64,000 bases of DNA from an uncultured Gammaproteobacteria bacterium (GTDB lineage: Bacteria > Pseudomonadota > Gammaproteobacteria > JABCZS01): assembly GCA_963848305.1 (NCBI GenBank), contig CAWKDC010000001.1, positions 1,120,001 to 1,184,000 of the forward strand. The letters are read 5' to 3'. The translations under genes and the position numbers were made by a program. Positions 24,415 through 37,557 of this stretch are shown here, piece by piece. Numbering within the stretch: the first letter of the stretch is position 1; each line of letters begins with the position of its first letter. Below the pieces are notes generated by a model. The model was not told the DNA's origin. It saw nothing but the letters and a program-made list of their open reading frames with translations, and made no database searches.

Positions 24415-25527
24415 ATGAAATTTACGATAAAATGCGAAAGCTTTCTCAGGCTGGTTCAACAGGTCTCTGGTGTTGCTGAAAAGAAACAAAACCTTCCTAT
24501 TCTTTCAAATGTCCTGATCTGCGTCGAAAATGCACAAATTTCGTTGACTGCCTCCGATCTTGAAATCGAATTAACAGCTAAAGACACACTGCAAGGCGAT
24601 TGTATCACGGGTGAGATCACAGCACCCGGGAGAAAGATTTTAGATATTTGCAGAAATTTACCGGAGAACGACGATATTCATTGTGAAGTTCGTTCGGATC
24701 GGCTTATTTTGCAGAGCGGTCGCTCAAAGTTTGAGCTTGCCACGCTACCAGCAGCGGATTTCCCCGCTATTCAGCGAGGATCGGCGAAGATATCGGCGCG
24801 TTTTCCACAGAATATTTTGCGACAATTGATAATGTCCACGCGTTTTGCCATGGCTAATAATGATTCCCGTTATTATCTTAATGGCATGCTGTTCGAAACA
24901 GATCAAGGAAAATTAAAGCTGATCGCGACAGATGGGCACAGATTAGCCGTCAATGAGTCAACAGAAGCCTTTTTTCCGCTCAGCCCCGCTATGCATGTCA
25001 TTGTTCCCCGTAAAGCGATCATGGAATTGCTTCCTTTACTGAATGATTCGCCTGACTGGGTTGATATTCAGGTTGATGATAACATCCTCAAAGTGACTTC
25101 TGCACGTCATGAATTTATCACAAAACTCATTGAGGGGCGTTTCCCGGACTATAAGCGAGTTATTCCCCCTCCAGCCACCATGGTTTTAGGGCTAGACCGG
25201 GAAGAATTAAAACAAGGTTTGCTGCGTGCTGCGACATTATCCAACGAAAAGAACCGCGGCGTTCGTCTTCAATTGGGTACCGATTTGCTTCGAATTGTTG
25301 CGAACAACCCTGAACAGGAGCAATCCGAAGCTGCCCTGCCCTTGCCTTATCAGGGTGCCCCACTCGAGATTGGATTCAATGCCACTTATTTGGTTGATGT
25401 ATTGAATGCTCTTCCTGCTGGCGCTGTGTCTGTTAAACTGATTGATCCCAGTTGTTCTGCTGTGATCACTGGTCAGGAAACGCCCGGGGTAGCTCATTTT
25501 CACGTCGTGATGCCTTTGCGTTTATAA
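24415..25527 (+). CDS. dnaN: DNA polymerase III beta clamp
   Basis: LPILSNVL, RYYLNGMLF, ATDGHRLA, EGRFPDYKRVIP, VVMPLRL. Confidence 0.98.
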   Translation: MKFTIKCESFLRLVQQVSGVAEKKQNLPILSNVLICVENAQISLTASDLEIELTAKDTLQGDCITGEITAPGRKILDICRNLPENDDIHCEVRSDRLILQSGRSKFELATLPAADFPAIQRGSAKISARFPQNILRQLIMSTRFAMANNDSRYYLNGMLFETDQGKLKLIATDGHRLAVNESTEAFFPLSPAMHVIVPRKAIMELLPLLNDSPDWVDIQVDDNILKVTSARHEFITKLIEGRFPDYKRVIPPPATMVLGLDREELKQGLLRAATLSNEKNRGVRLQLGTDLLRIVANNPEQEQSEAALPLPYQGAPLEIGFNATYLVDVLNALPAGAVSVKLIDPSCSAVITGQETPGVAHFHVVMPLRL

Positions 25528-25530
25528 CCA

Positions 25531-25546
25531 GGTTCCACGTGGAACA
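25531..25546. promoter_or_regulatory. parS centromere site (dnaN-recF intergenic)
   Basis: GGTTCCACGTGGAACA, one mismatch to the TGTTCCACGTGGAACA parS palindrome. Confidence 0.88.
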
Positions 25547-25567
25547 CCTATTGATTGGAAAGAAATA

Positions 25568-29157
<3,590 letters not shown>

Positions 29158-29180
29158 TGTGTTTTGCAGATGCCCCTGTG

Positions 29181-29208
29181 GCGCATGGGCGGGAGTGCCC
29201 GCCCCTAC
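29181..29208 (-). repeat. GTAG-type REP-like element between convergent genes
   Basis: Minus strand GTAG-GGGCGGG-cact-CCCGCCC-ATGCGC; same frame as the 10238 copy with compensatory stem changes. Confidence 0.6.
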
Positions 29209-29210
29209 CA

Positions 29211-29735
29211 TTACAACATCCTTTTCAACACATCTTTCTTATCATAATACCGATGTTTGATCACAGCCAAAACATGTAACACGATCATGCCCAATAATGT
29301 AAAGGCAAAAATCTTATGCAATTCTTTGAACAACGCAGAGGTTGCGTCGCTTTTTGGAATAATGCTGGGGAATGTAAACCATCCAAAGAATGAAACGCCT
29401 TTGCTTTGCATGAAAGTGGACGACATGATATAACCGCACACAGGCACAATGATCAATAGCAGATACATGAAGCGATGCGATGCCACCGCCGCTTTATGCT
29501 CAAAATGTGACAAACCTGGTACAGGTGGCGGCAGTGCACTTTGCGAGCGCAGTGCAACCCGTAAAAAAACCAACCCTAAAATAACCATGCCGAAAGATTT
29601 GTGCCAAAAATACCAGTCATATTTGTGCGGGGCATCGCCGGGTAATCCTGCCATGTAAATGCCGACACCCAGCAAACATAATACTATCACTGACATCGTC
29701 CAGTGAAATGCGCGCATTGTTAAAGAGTATTTCAT
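29211..29735 (-). CDS. cytochrome b561 family (CybB/YceJ-like)
   Basis: FHW, HKSFG, LHKIFA, LHVLAVIKH heme-ligand His pattern; 4 TM. Confidence 0.9.
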   Translation of the reverse strand: MKYSLTMRAFHWTMSVIVLCLLGVGIYMAGLPGDAPHKYDWYFWHKSFGMVILGLVFLRVALRSQSALPPPVPGLSHFEHKAAVASHRFMYLLLIIVPVCGYIMSSTFMQSKGVSFFGWFTFPSIIPKSDATSALFKELHKIFAFTLLGMIVLHVLAVIKHRYYDKKDVLKRML

Positions 29736-29796
29736 GATATCCTCCCATCATATAGACTAGTGTAACTTATTTCGTGTGAAATTTTAAGGATCTTTG

Positions 29797-30360
29797 ATGC
29801 TGTTGTCGACATATATTGATACCCCTCTCGGTAGTATGTTTGCCGTTGCGGATCCTTATCGCTTGCACCTGTTAGATTTTGAAGACAGCAAAAGTTTATC
29901 GCGAGAAGTAAGGCGGCTGCATGCTATCCATCAAGCGATCGTGCCCGGGATCAACGCGCCACTCCAACAGATTCAACAAGAACTGAAGGATTATTTTGAA
30001 GGCCATATCGACGTTTTTCAAACGCCATTCACCCTGACAGGAACTGTTTTCCAACAATCAGTCTGGATCGCATTGCAGCAGATCCCTTACGGGGAAACTT
30101 GCTCATATAAGGTATTAGCAGACAAGATAGGCAAGCCTGGTGCGTACCGCGCAGTTGCCAATGCCAATGGGGCCAATGCGCTTGCCATCATCATCCCCTG
30201 CCACCGAGTTATTCAGCGCGATGGGCAATTAGGAGGGTACGATAGTGGGGTTGAGCGGAAATCCTGGCTTATTGCCCACGAGCATCGTCACGTGAATGGA
30301 CGGCAATCGCGGATAACACGGCCTCGCGCTGTGGCGGAGAGAGTGGCTGCTTGGGATTGA
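29797..30360 (+). CDS. ogt: methylated-DNA-protein-cysteine S-methyltransferase
   Basis: GTVFQQSVW, IPYGETCSY, RAVANANGAN, PCHRV active site. Confidence 0.93.
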   Translation: MLLSTYIDTPLGSMFAVADPYRLHLLDFEDSKSLSREVRRLHAIHQAIVPGINAPLQQIQQELKDYFEGHIDVFQTPFTLTGTVFQQSVWIALQQIPYGETCSYKVLADKIGKPGAYRAVANANGANALAIIIPCHRVIQRDGQLGGYDSGVERKSWLIAHEHRHVNGRQSRITRPRAVAERVAAWD

Positions 30361-30628
30361 GCATCGCGTTAAAAAACAGGGTGGCCTTCTGATCGGCCGG
30401 TAACTCTGTTTCCGCAATGGCTTTGATCAAGTTCTCAAGCGCCCTTTCGCAGCGCCAGGTTTTGCCCTGCTGGACGACTCCGGCACGGATAATATCCCCA
30501 AAATGGACATAACCCCACATGGCCAGGAGTTGTTTGACGCCCTCAGCGGATACGTCAAGTCCGTGAATAGATTGGATCTGGCGTGTCAGCTCGTTCAACA
30601 GCCCTTCTTGTTCGATTGTCAGTGGCAT
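30269..30628 (-). CDS. hypothetical protein (119 aa); overlaps the ogt 3' end
   Basis: AAGGA RBS before ATG 30628; helical composition. Confidence 0.5.
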   Translation of the reverse strand: MPLTIEQEGLLNELTRQIQSIHGLDVSAEGVKQLLAMWGYVHFGDIIRAGVVQQGKTWRCERALENLIKAIAETELPADQKATLFFNAMLNPKQPLSPPQREAVLSAIAVHSRDDARGQ

Positions 30629-30752
30629 GAGATATTCCTTTAAAAGCCCTAATTTTACCAGTATAGCCAATCTTGGTGGGTTGACGATAGGGGTTTGTTT
30701 GTGGCACAGTAGCATGATTAGAAGTTTGAATTCCAGCACGAGCGGTCTTAGC

Positions 30753-32141
30753 ATGGCAATAAACACAGAATTTCCGATCAGCCAAATGGCGCTGTTAGCC
30801 CCTAAAGACGCGCTTGAAAAAGCGCTCATGCGCCAACAAAAAACCAAACGGTTAAATCATAATTTTTGGGGTTATGACTTTTCAAGTGTGCATGCGGAGA
30901 ATTCACTGGTTTACAGCCACGAATGGGGATCAAAATTAGCCGTGAATTATTGGTTGAGGGTGCTCCGGATACGCACGGAATACCCTGTATTTCAATTGCC
31001 GGAACATTTGACGACGCAAAAGGCATCAGCAAATATCACGCAAAAACAAACTCGCTTATTGTTTAAGAACGGCAACAATATTTATTTTATGGACATGGAT
31101 ACGATCAGCGATGAAGAACTTAAAGACATATTGAATGAGTACTTGATTGCTTTTTTTAAACGTCCTTTGCTGGTTTATTTGCGTGAACAACAAATTGATA
31201 AGATAGATATTGACGCATTTGATAAAAAAATAGCACAATTGTTGACTTCATCTGTGAAAGAGCAAGACGTTTTATGCCAGATATTATTTTCGAAAAATGA
31301 CACTCCTTTTTTAAAAGGAAGAATCCAGGATCTCAATGAAATTCGCAAGAAAAAAGCTAAAATAGACAAGATGAGCAGAAATGAGTTGCTTCAAACGTTG
31401 AATGAATCCATGGAGGCAGAGAACATCAGCAAAGCCTGGACCACCCAGGACATTATTGACAAGGTAGAAAGTCCCAACATCAAACTTGTTTGGACCATCT
31501 TTTTATTATTGTCTGATTTAACGATGTACAATTCGATTGATCAAATCAATATCGAGGGATTTCCTGCGCTACTTCCCTATTTGCATGCCGTGTTGTCGAT
31601 CAGTTTTACCGTATACTGTTTTATAAATTGGTATGCCACACATCAAGATGCGCAGTACAAAAAATATCATGGCCAAAAGACCTGTTTAGATGCATCGAAT
31701 GATAGCTATCTTATTCGGATGGAAGCACACGTGCTAGCATTGCAAGTCGGGGTGTTGTCCCTGTGTGCTTATCTTTTGATGACAGAAGATTTGGGATTGT
31801 CTCCCCCCGAGCCGGATTGGCAATGGGGCGTCACTTCTGCAGCGGTGAGCAGTGTCGCTGTCACGAGTGCGACCTATCTTGTGAACCGTTTTCATGCAAA
31901 AGATAATAAATTCAATTCGCTACATTACCTTGCTACGTTTTTGATCAGCGGGGGCGCAGGAGCCTGTTTTGGCATGTCAACCACCATGGCGCATTTAGAT
32001 CTATTAGAGATTTCTCAACAAACCGCGGACCTGTTGGCTATCAATTCCGAACGTACTTTATTGCTAATTTTCTGTTTCGGTTTGTTCATTGTGTCAGCCA
32101 ATGCCAGTGTGGCCAGGGGTAATCAGCCTACGCTTAAATAA
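30753..32141 (+). CDS. hypothetical protein with soluble N-terminus and about 6 C-terminal TM segments (start uncertain)
   Basis: Long AT-rich open frame; hydrophobic segments in the C-terminal half. Confidence 0.7.
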   Translation: MAINTEFPISQMALLAPKDALEKALMRQQKTKRLNHNFWGYDFSSVHAENSLVYSHEWGSKLAVNYWLRVLRIRTEYPVFQLPEHLTTQKASANITQKQTRLLFKNGNNIYFMDMDTISDEELKDILNEYLIAFFKRPLLVYLREQQIDKIDIDAFDKKIAQLLTSSVKEQDVLCQILFSKNDTPFLKGRIQDLNEIRKKKAKIDKMSRNELLQTLNESMEAENISKAWTTQDIIDKVESPNIKLVWTIFLLLSDLTMYNSIDQINIEGFPALLPYLHAVLSISFTVYCFINWYATHQDAQYKKYHGQKTCLDASNDSYLIRMEAHVLALQVGVLSLCAYLLMTEDLGLSPPEPDWQWGVTSAAVSSVAVTSATYLVNRFHAKDNKFNSLHYLATFLISGGAGACFGMSTTMAHLDLLEISQQTADLLAINSERTLLLIFCFGLFIVSANASVARGNQPTLK

Positions 32142-33409
32142 TCAAGGATCGGTACGCAGCGAATATGCACCCCTTCTTCCACAAAATCTTCAGATTGTCG
32201 ATAAGTGATGATATGTCCTTCCGATAAATGATGGGCAAGACAAGCTTCAATAAGCCCGCGAACTTCCCTTTGCCGTGTGTCGGGATCTGCCAGATCGTAG
32301 GATACTTGGATCGCACGCGTAATCTCTAAGCCTTCTCTAACAAGAAAATCACATTCATATTTTTGTTTATGAAAAAATACTTCACCTGTTTGACGGAGTA
32401 ATTGATGATAAACAGCTTGCTCCATTAATTTTCCATTGTCTCCTGAAGATTTTAAATTGATGGCATTGAAAAGACCATTATCGATCACATAAATTTTCTT
32501 CTCTGTCAGTTCCTGATGAATAATAGAGGGACTGTATTTTTTGACTGAAAGGGCTAAATAAATGGATTCACAATTATCTGCAAATGCATACAAACTGTCT
32601 TTGGAAATTTTATATCCGCCCGATTTAAGATCATTATAAATCTTGTGAATGGAAAATTCTTTTGTAGCGCAAGACATCAGGCGTTTGATAAAAAATTTAA
32701 GCAAAGCGATGTTTTTTACTTCAAATCTTTCAACCAAGTCTCGGTAGAACATGACGTTAAAATATTCCTGAAGAATAGCAATTTTTAAAGAAGGTGCGTA
32801 TTGCAGCAATTCCGGAAAACCACCAAACTGCAGATACTGATCCAGCGCACGGCTCAGTACCGCATTATTTTTTGTGCTGCGATTTTGAATGTCTATGCCC
32901 TGAAAAGTGCAATATTCAGTGAAACTGAGCGGTAGCACAGCATAGCTGAGTGTGCGTCCGCGCAGTTCGGTGGCGATTTCACGGCTGAGTAATTTGGCAT
33001 TGGATCCTGTTAAAAAAATGTGTTTACTGATGGTGTCACTCACCCTGCGGATAAATCTATCCCATTTATCAAAAAGCTGGATCTCATCGAAAAAGAAATA
33101 ACAGGTGCTAAGATTCAGTGAGGGGTATAATTCTTGATAAATGTTGATCATTTGTTCCAATTCTGCTGCAGAGTGATCAAAGCGCTCATCTTCACAGTTC
33201 AGATAAAAAATACGTTTTTTTTCAATGCCTTCTGCCAAAAGAGCCTGCATGATGTTGTAAAGTTCAGATGTTTTTCCTGCCCTTCTTGGGCCAATCAATG
33301 TGATAATCTTCTTGTTATTCAGAGGGATAGATAAATCGCGTTCGAGAAAAGTCGGCAGAGGGTCTGCGTGAAAGTCTACAATGAGTTGACGAGCGAGCTC
33401 TATGTTCAT
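32123..33409 (-). CDS. AAA+ ATPase (AAA_14 plus DUF4143)
   Basis: GPRRAGKT, FFFDEIQ, TGSNAKLLS.EIAT.LRGR, FGGFPE, KIYVIDNG, ECDF...AIQVSY. Confidence 0.93.
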   Translation of the reverse strand: MNIELARQLIVDFHADPLPTFLERDLSIPLNNKKIITLIGPRRAGKTSELYNIMQALLAEGIEKKRIFYLNCEDERFDHSAAELEQMINIYQELYPSLNLSTCYFFFDEIQLFDKWDRFIRRVSDTISKHIFLTGSNAKLLSREIATELRGRTLSYAVLPLSFTEYCTFQGIDIQNRSTKNNAVLSRALDQYLQFGGFPELLQYAPSLKIAILQEYFNVMFYRDLVERFEVKNIALLKFFIKRLMSCATKEFSIHKIYNDLKSGGYKISKDSLYAFADNCESIYLALSVKKYSPSIIHQELTEKKIYVIDNGLFNAINLKSSGDNGKLMEQAVYHQLLRQTGEVFFHKQKYECDFLVREGLEITRAIQVSYDLADPDTRQREVRGLIEACLAHHLSEGHIITYRQSEDFVEEGVHIRCVPILDYLSVG

Positions 33410-33424
33410 GATGAGAGCATAGCA

Positions 33425-33480
33425 TTCTTCCTTCTCAAAAGGAAGAAATTTTAAAAAGCTTCCTTTTTAAAAGGAAGCTT
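33425..33480. promoter_or_regulatory. two tandem palindromes, putative operators upstream of the AAA+ gene
   Basis: CTTCCTT-ctcaa-AAGGAAG (33427-33445) and CTTCCTT-tttaa-AAGGAAG (33459-33477), 32-bp period. Confidence 0.65.
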
Positions 33481-33499
33481 TGTTCGTCAGTCGCGCCCA

Positions 33500-33576
33500 T
33501 GGTGCAATTGGTGCGATTATTGCTTTTTTGGTGCAATTGGTGCAATTATCGCTTTTCTGGTGCAATTGGTGCAATT
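33500..33576 (+). repeat. three 29-bp tandem repeats, each with 2x TGGTGC(A/G)AT, abutting a -10 box
   Basis: Units start at 33500, 33529, 33558; TATAAT at 33581; GAGGAGGAG RBS. Confidence 0.85.
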
Positions 33577-33609
33577 TGTGTATAATGAGAAGTAACGAGG
33601 AGGAGCATC

Positions 33610-34950
33610 ATGCCGACGATTTTTCCCGAGAGAGAGTCAAGAATACTTGAATTTAAATCCCAGTTGCCCAATTTTCAGAATTTGATTAAAACCTGTGTGG
33701 CCTTTGCCAATGGAACTGGCGGTAAAATTGTGATCGGTGTGGATGACAAGACGCGAGCGCTGGTGGGCGTTTCGATCGATACACGCGATCGTATTTATGA
33801 CGAGTTTCCGAATAGTGTATATGATGCGACAATGCCCGCTCTTCTGGTTGATATTTATGAGCAAGCGTTTGATGATGGCCACGTGATCATCATTGATGTG
33901 CCTTCCAGCATTAGGAAGCCAGTATGCGTTAAAAAAGAAGGAATTCCTGCAGGTATTTATTTACGAGCGGGGACAAGCACCCGCAAAGCAACACCAGAAT
34001 ATGTCGAAGAATTAATGCGTGAAAGCAAGCGCATGCATTTTGACGAAGAAATGATTCAAGAGGACACAAAAATATTATCGGACATTTTACTCCATAAGAT
34101 ATTTAAGAAAATCGATATGCGTCAACTGTTGGCAGAAAAAATAACCACAACGTCTAGCATAGGTGGAAAGAAATATTACCCGACTGTTGCTGGTGTTTTA
34201 GGATTTTGTGAATCACCCGAGCATTATATCCCTGAGGCCATGGTTGTATGTACTCGCTTTTTGGGTAAAGAAGGTCGTGATATCATTCAAAGCGAGGAAG
34301 TACGCGGCAATCTTGAGGAACAAATAGAAACAAGTTTTCAATTGATAAAGTCATGGTTGATGCGTGACTATCATTTAATAGGTACAAAAATGCAGGCAAA
34401 AACAATCGTTCCTGAAATAGCCCTACGCGAAGCCATTGCCAATGCGCTGATTCATCGAAAATATTGGATTCCCGGTGCAGTCAAGATCGCGCTGTATGAT
34501 AATCGTTTAGAAATATTTAGTCCTGGTGAGTTTCCCGGCCTCGTTGATATTAACAATTTAGGGGATGGAACGACCTATTTGCGCAATCCCACTCTTGCAC
34601 GTATTGCACGCAAACTGGGCTTGGTTGAAAAATTAGGCACAGGTATTAAACTAATGATAGAAAGTTGCCGGAAAGCACAGATAAAGCGGCCTGAATTTAT
34701 CGAGGGCGCGGACAGTGTCAAAGTGATTTTTTGGTTTTTACCTTCGAATGAAGGGATGCAAGATGACATTCAGAAACTCGAGGCTTTTTTTGTTATGAAT
34801 CCTGTTGCTTCCATCGGCGATGTATCTCAATATTTGGGGGTATCCAGAAATTCGGCAACACGCAAACTCAATGAGCTGATTGGTGCGGGAAAAATAAGGA
34901 GAGAGGGTAAAGGCCCCTCTGTGCGGTATGTTGCTCAAGGTGTTGGTTGA
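33610..34950 (+). CDS. Schlafen/AlbA_2 plus HATPase_c_4 (RecG-C-like) plus C-terminal wHTH protein
   Basis: ESRILEFKS...VAFANGTGGKIVIGVDD; ALREAIANALIHRKY...DNRLEIFSPG...RNP...EKLGTG; terminal HTH (DVSQYLGVSRNSATRKLNEL). Confidence 0.88.
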   Translation: MPTIFPERESRILEFKSQLPNFQNLIKTCVAFANGTGGKIVIGVDDKTRALVGVSIDTRDRIYDEFPNSVYDATMPALLVDIYEQAFDDGHVIIIDVPSSIRKPVCVKKEGIPAGIYLRAGTSTRKATPEYVEELMRESKRMHFDEEMIQEDTKILSDILLHKIFKKIDMRQLLAEKITTTSSIGGKKYYPTVAGVLGFCESPEHYIPEAMVVCTRFLGKEGRDIIQSEEVRGNLEEQIETSFQLIKSWLMRDYHLIGTKMQAKTIVPEIALREAIANALIHRKYWIPGAVKIALYDNRLEIFSPGEFPGLVDINNLGDGTTYLRNPTLARIARKLGLVEKLGTGIKLMIESCRKAQIKRPEFIEGADSVKVIFWFLPSNEGMQDDIQKLEAFFVMNPVASIGDVSQYLGVSRNSATRKLNELIGAGKIRREGKGPSVRYVAQGVG

Positions 34951-35849
34951 CAACAATATTCCAATATTGTTCGTGCAATCGACCCGCCCTGGGCTTTTTC
35001 AAACCCTTGGAAACCCGGCGCTGAATTGATTTCACACAAAGCATAACCTTGTTTCGTGAACAATAAATCAACGCCGGCCATATCCAGTCCCGCCAGGCGC
35101 GTGGCAGCCAGGGCTAGGCGCTCAATGTCTGCATCCAGCGGGTAGGTGGCGACATTACCGCCGCGCGAAAAATTGGCTTTAAACTCTGTCGTAGATGAAC
35201 GCTCGATCACGCCTAATACTTTGCCGCCCAATACCAACACACGCAAATCTCTGCCATGGCTTTCAGCAATATACTGTTGTAACAATGTGGTGGCTTTGCG
35301 ATCATACGAGAAAATAAATTCGAGCATGTCCTGTAATGCGGCCGCAGTATCACAAATCATGACGCCCCTGCCCTGGCTACCGCTCAATACTTTTAACACC
35401 AAAGGAAATCCAATCGCTTTTTCAATATGTTCATAATGGATGGGATACGGTGCCAGCATGGTTTTCGGTGTTGGCAAACCATGTTTCACAAATTGTTGGT
35501 GCATGAAACATTTGTCGCGCGCGGCTTGAATAGCTTTCGCATTATTGCAGAGAAAAACACCGTGATCACTCAACGTGTTCAATAATGCAAAAGCCGCATA
35601 ATTGGAATTATATCCTTGGCGTGGAATCACAAACTGGGGTGTTTGGGTAGGCTCGCCAGAGATGAATAATTGTAGCGGGCCATGATTGCCTATTACCCAC
35701 GAGACTGTTTCAGGTTTGATAATATCCAATTGAATGTTGAGCAGTCGTGCTGTTTCAATAAAACGCTGCATTTCATAATGTTTTTCATTCAGCTGGGCGA
35801 CGGGTTGGCTGTATAAAATCCAGCCGTGGTGTGTGGGAGATTGACTCAA
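34935..35849 (-). CDS. RimK-family ATP-grasp ligase
   Basis: ARDK, LPTPKT, PLVLKVLSGSQGRGV, QQYI...GRDLRV, NFSRGG, AGVDLL, CEINSAPGF. Confidence 0.9.
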   Translation of the reverse strand: MSQSPTHHGWILYSQPVAQLNEKHYEMQRFIETARLLNIQLDIIKPETVSWVIGNHGPLQLFISGEPTQTPQFVIPRQGYNSNYAAFALLNTLSDHGVFLCNNAKAIQAARDKCFMHQQFVKHGLPTPKTMLAPYPIHYEHIEKAIGFPLVLKVLSGSQGRGVMICDTAAALQDMLEFIFSYDRKATTLLQQYIAESHGRDLRVLVLGGKVLGVIERSSTTEFKANFSRGGNVATYPLDADIERLALAATRLAGLDMAGVDLLFTKQGYALCEINSAPGFQGFEKAQGGSIARTILEYCCQPTP

Positions 35850-36652
35850 GATTTTTTTCGCTCTAAACGCATGGACATGATGCAGAATACCATCGCCATC
35901 AGTGTGACGATGCTGATCATGAGGGTGGCGAGCGCATTGATTTTAGGGCTGACGCCCATGCGCACGCTGGAGTAAACAGCCATTGGTAAGGTAGTGGATT
36001 GCGGGCCAGAGGTAAAGCTTGCGATCACCAAGTCATCAAATGAAAGCGTGAAGGCCAATAACCAGCCGCTGACCAATGCGGGCGCAATCACGGGTAAGGT
36101 GACGCGCAGGAAAATTGTGAGGGGTTTTGCGCCTAAATCCGTCGCGGCCAAAATAAGACTCCGATCCATTTCTTGCAAGCGCGCCACGATCACCATGGTG
36201 ACATAAGCCAAGCTCAATGTCATGTGTGCGATCCAAATGGTGAGTATGCCGCGGCCATGCGGGAACCCAAACCAGTCTTCCATCGCAACAAACAATAATA
36301 ACAAGGAAAAGCCCATGATCACTTCGGGTATCACGAGGGGTGCGCGGATCATTAAATTGAATAATGCGCTGCTGCCCTTGATATGGTAACGGGTGAGCGC
36401 ATACGCGGCGATTGTGCCTAAAAAAGTGGCGCCAAATGCAGTGAAGAGTGCCAGACGAATACTGGTCCAAGCGGCTTTCAGTAATTGAGTATCGTTAAAC
36501 AATTCACCATACCACTTAAATGAAAACTCAGACCAAACAGTGACAAGACTTGAGCTGTTAAACGAATATACAACAAGCAAAATAATCGGCAAGTATAAAA
36601 ATAAATAACCCAGCAGTGAGAGTGTTTTAATCAGTGGGGAAACTCTAGACAT
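35846..36652 (-). CDS. potI: putrescine ABC transporter permease PotI/PotC
   Basis: FLYLPI...YSFN, PLVIPEVIMG, AFTLSFDD, SPKINALAT. Confidence 0.88.
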   Translation of the reverse strand: MSRVSPLIKTLSLLGYLFLYLPIILLVVYSFNSSSLVTVWSEFSFKWYGELFNDTQLLKAAWTSIRLALFTAFGATFLGTIAAYALTRYHIKGSSALFNLMIRAPLVIPEVIMGFSLLLLFVAMEDWFGFPHGRGILTIWIAHMTLSLAYVTMVIVARLQEMDRSLILAATDLGAKPLTIFLRVTLPVIAPALVSGWLLAFTLSFDDLVIASFTSGPQSTTLPMAVYSSVRMGVSPKINALATLMISIVTLMAMVFCIMSMRLERKKS

Positions 36653-37557
36653 GGTTGCCCCTCTCTTGTTGCTTTTGTTCATGACGCGAGAACAAGTAAA
36701 TTGGTATTAGTAAGAGGAAGAGCATGATCGTCGCCAAGGCCGCCGATAATGGCCAATCACGGTTGCTGAAAAATTCCTGCCACAGAACGCGACCAATCAT
36801 GGTAGTACTTGAGCCGCCCAATAAATCCGGGATCACGAATTCCCCGACGGCAGGAATAAAGACGAGCAAGCTGCCGGTAATGATGCCGGGCATGGTTAGC
36901 GGCAAGGTGATCCGTAAAAATGCAACCCAAGGTTTTGCCCCCAAATCCGAAGCGGCTTGCAGCAACGTCCAGTCTAATTTAGAAATAGACACATATAGTG
37001 GCAAAATCATGAAAGGAAGGTAGGCGTAAATAATACCCAGGTAAACTGCAAAGGGTGTGTATAAAAATTGAATCGGGGTAGAGATAAGGTGAAGGCTCAG
37101 TAACAATTGATTCAACAGCCCTGTTTCTTGCAAAATACCCATCCACGCGTAGACGCGCAATAGAAAGGATGTCCATGAGGGGAGTACAACAAGGGTTAAG
37201 AGCAGCGAGCGCATGGCTTCCTGCACGTGCGATACAATAGGCCATGGGGTAGCCAATCAATAAGCAACCTAGGGTTGAAAAGAAGGCAATCTTCAAAGAA
37301 TTGAAATACGCAAAGACGTAGAAAGGATCCATGAAGATGGTGTAATAATTGTTGAGATTGACATGGAGTGTCAGCACAAAATGTTGGATGGTGATCAAGG
37401 GTTCATAAGGCGGGACTTGGAAGGCCATTTCGCTGAAGCTTAAGCGAAAAATCATCAAAAAAGGCAATGCCAGAAAAAGAATCAGCCAGAAATAAGGGAT
37501 GCCAAACACCCAGGTGCGCCCAGAAAAAAAGAATTTTTTGAGGCTGGCTATGATCAT
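36645..37557 (-). CDS. potH: putrescine ABC transporter permease PotH/PotB (frameshift near 37220-37250)
   Basis: LLIGYPMAY; LPSWTSFLLRVYAW; FIPAVGEFVIP; FF.NRDWP. Confidence 0.88.

Noticed and set aside
33500-33576. 29-bp repeats as a mini CRISPR array
   Set aside because: The units are directly tandem with no unique spacers, there are no cas genes, and they overlap a promoter.
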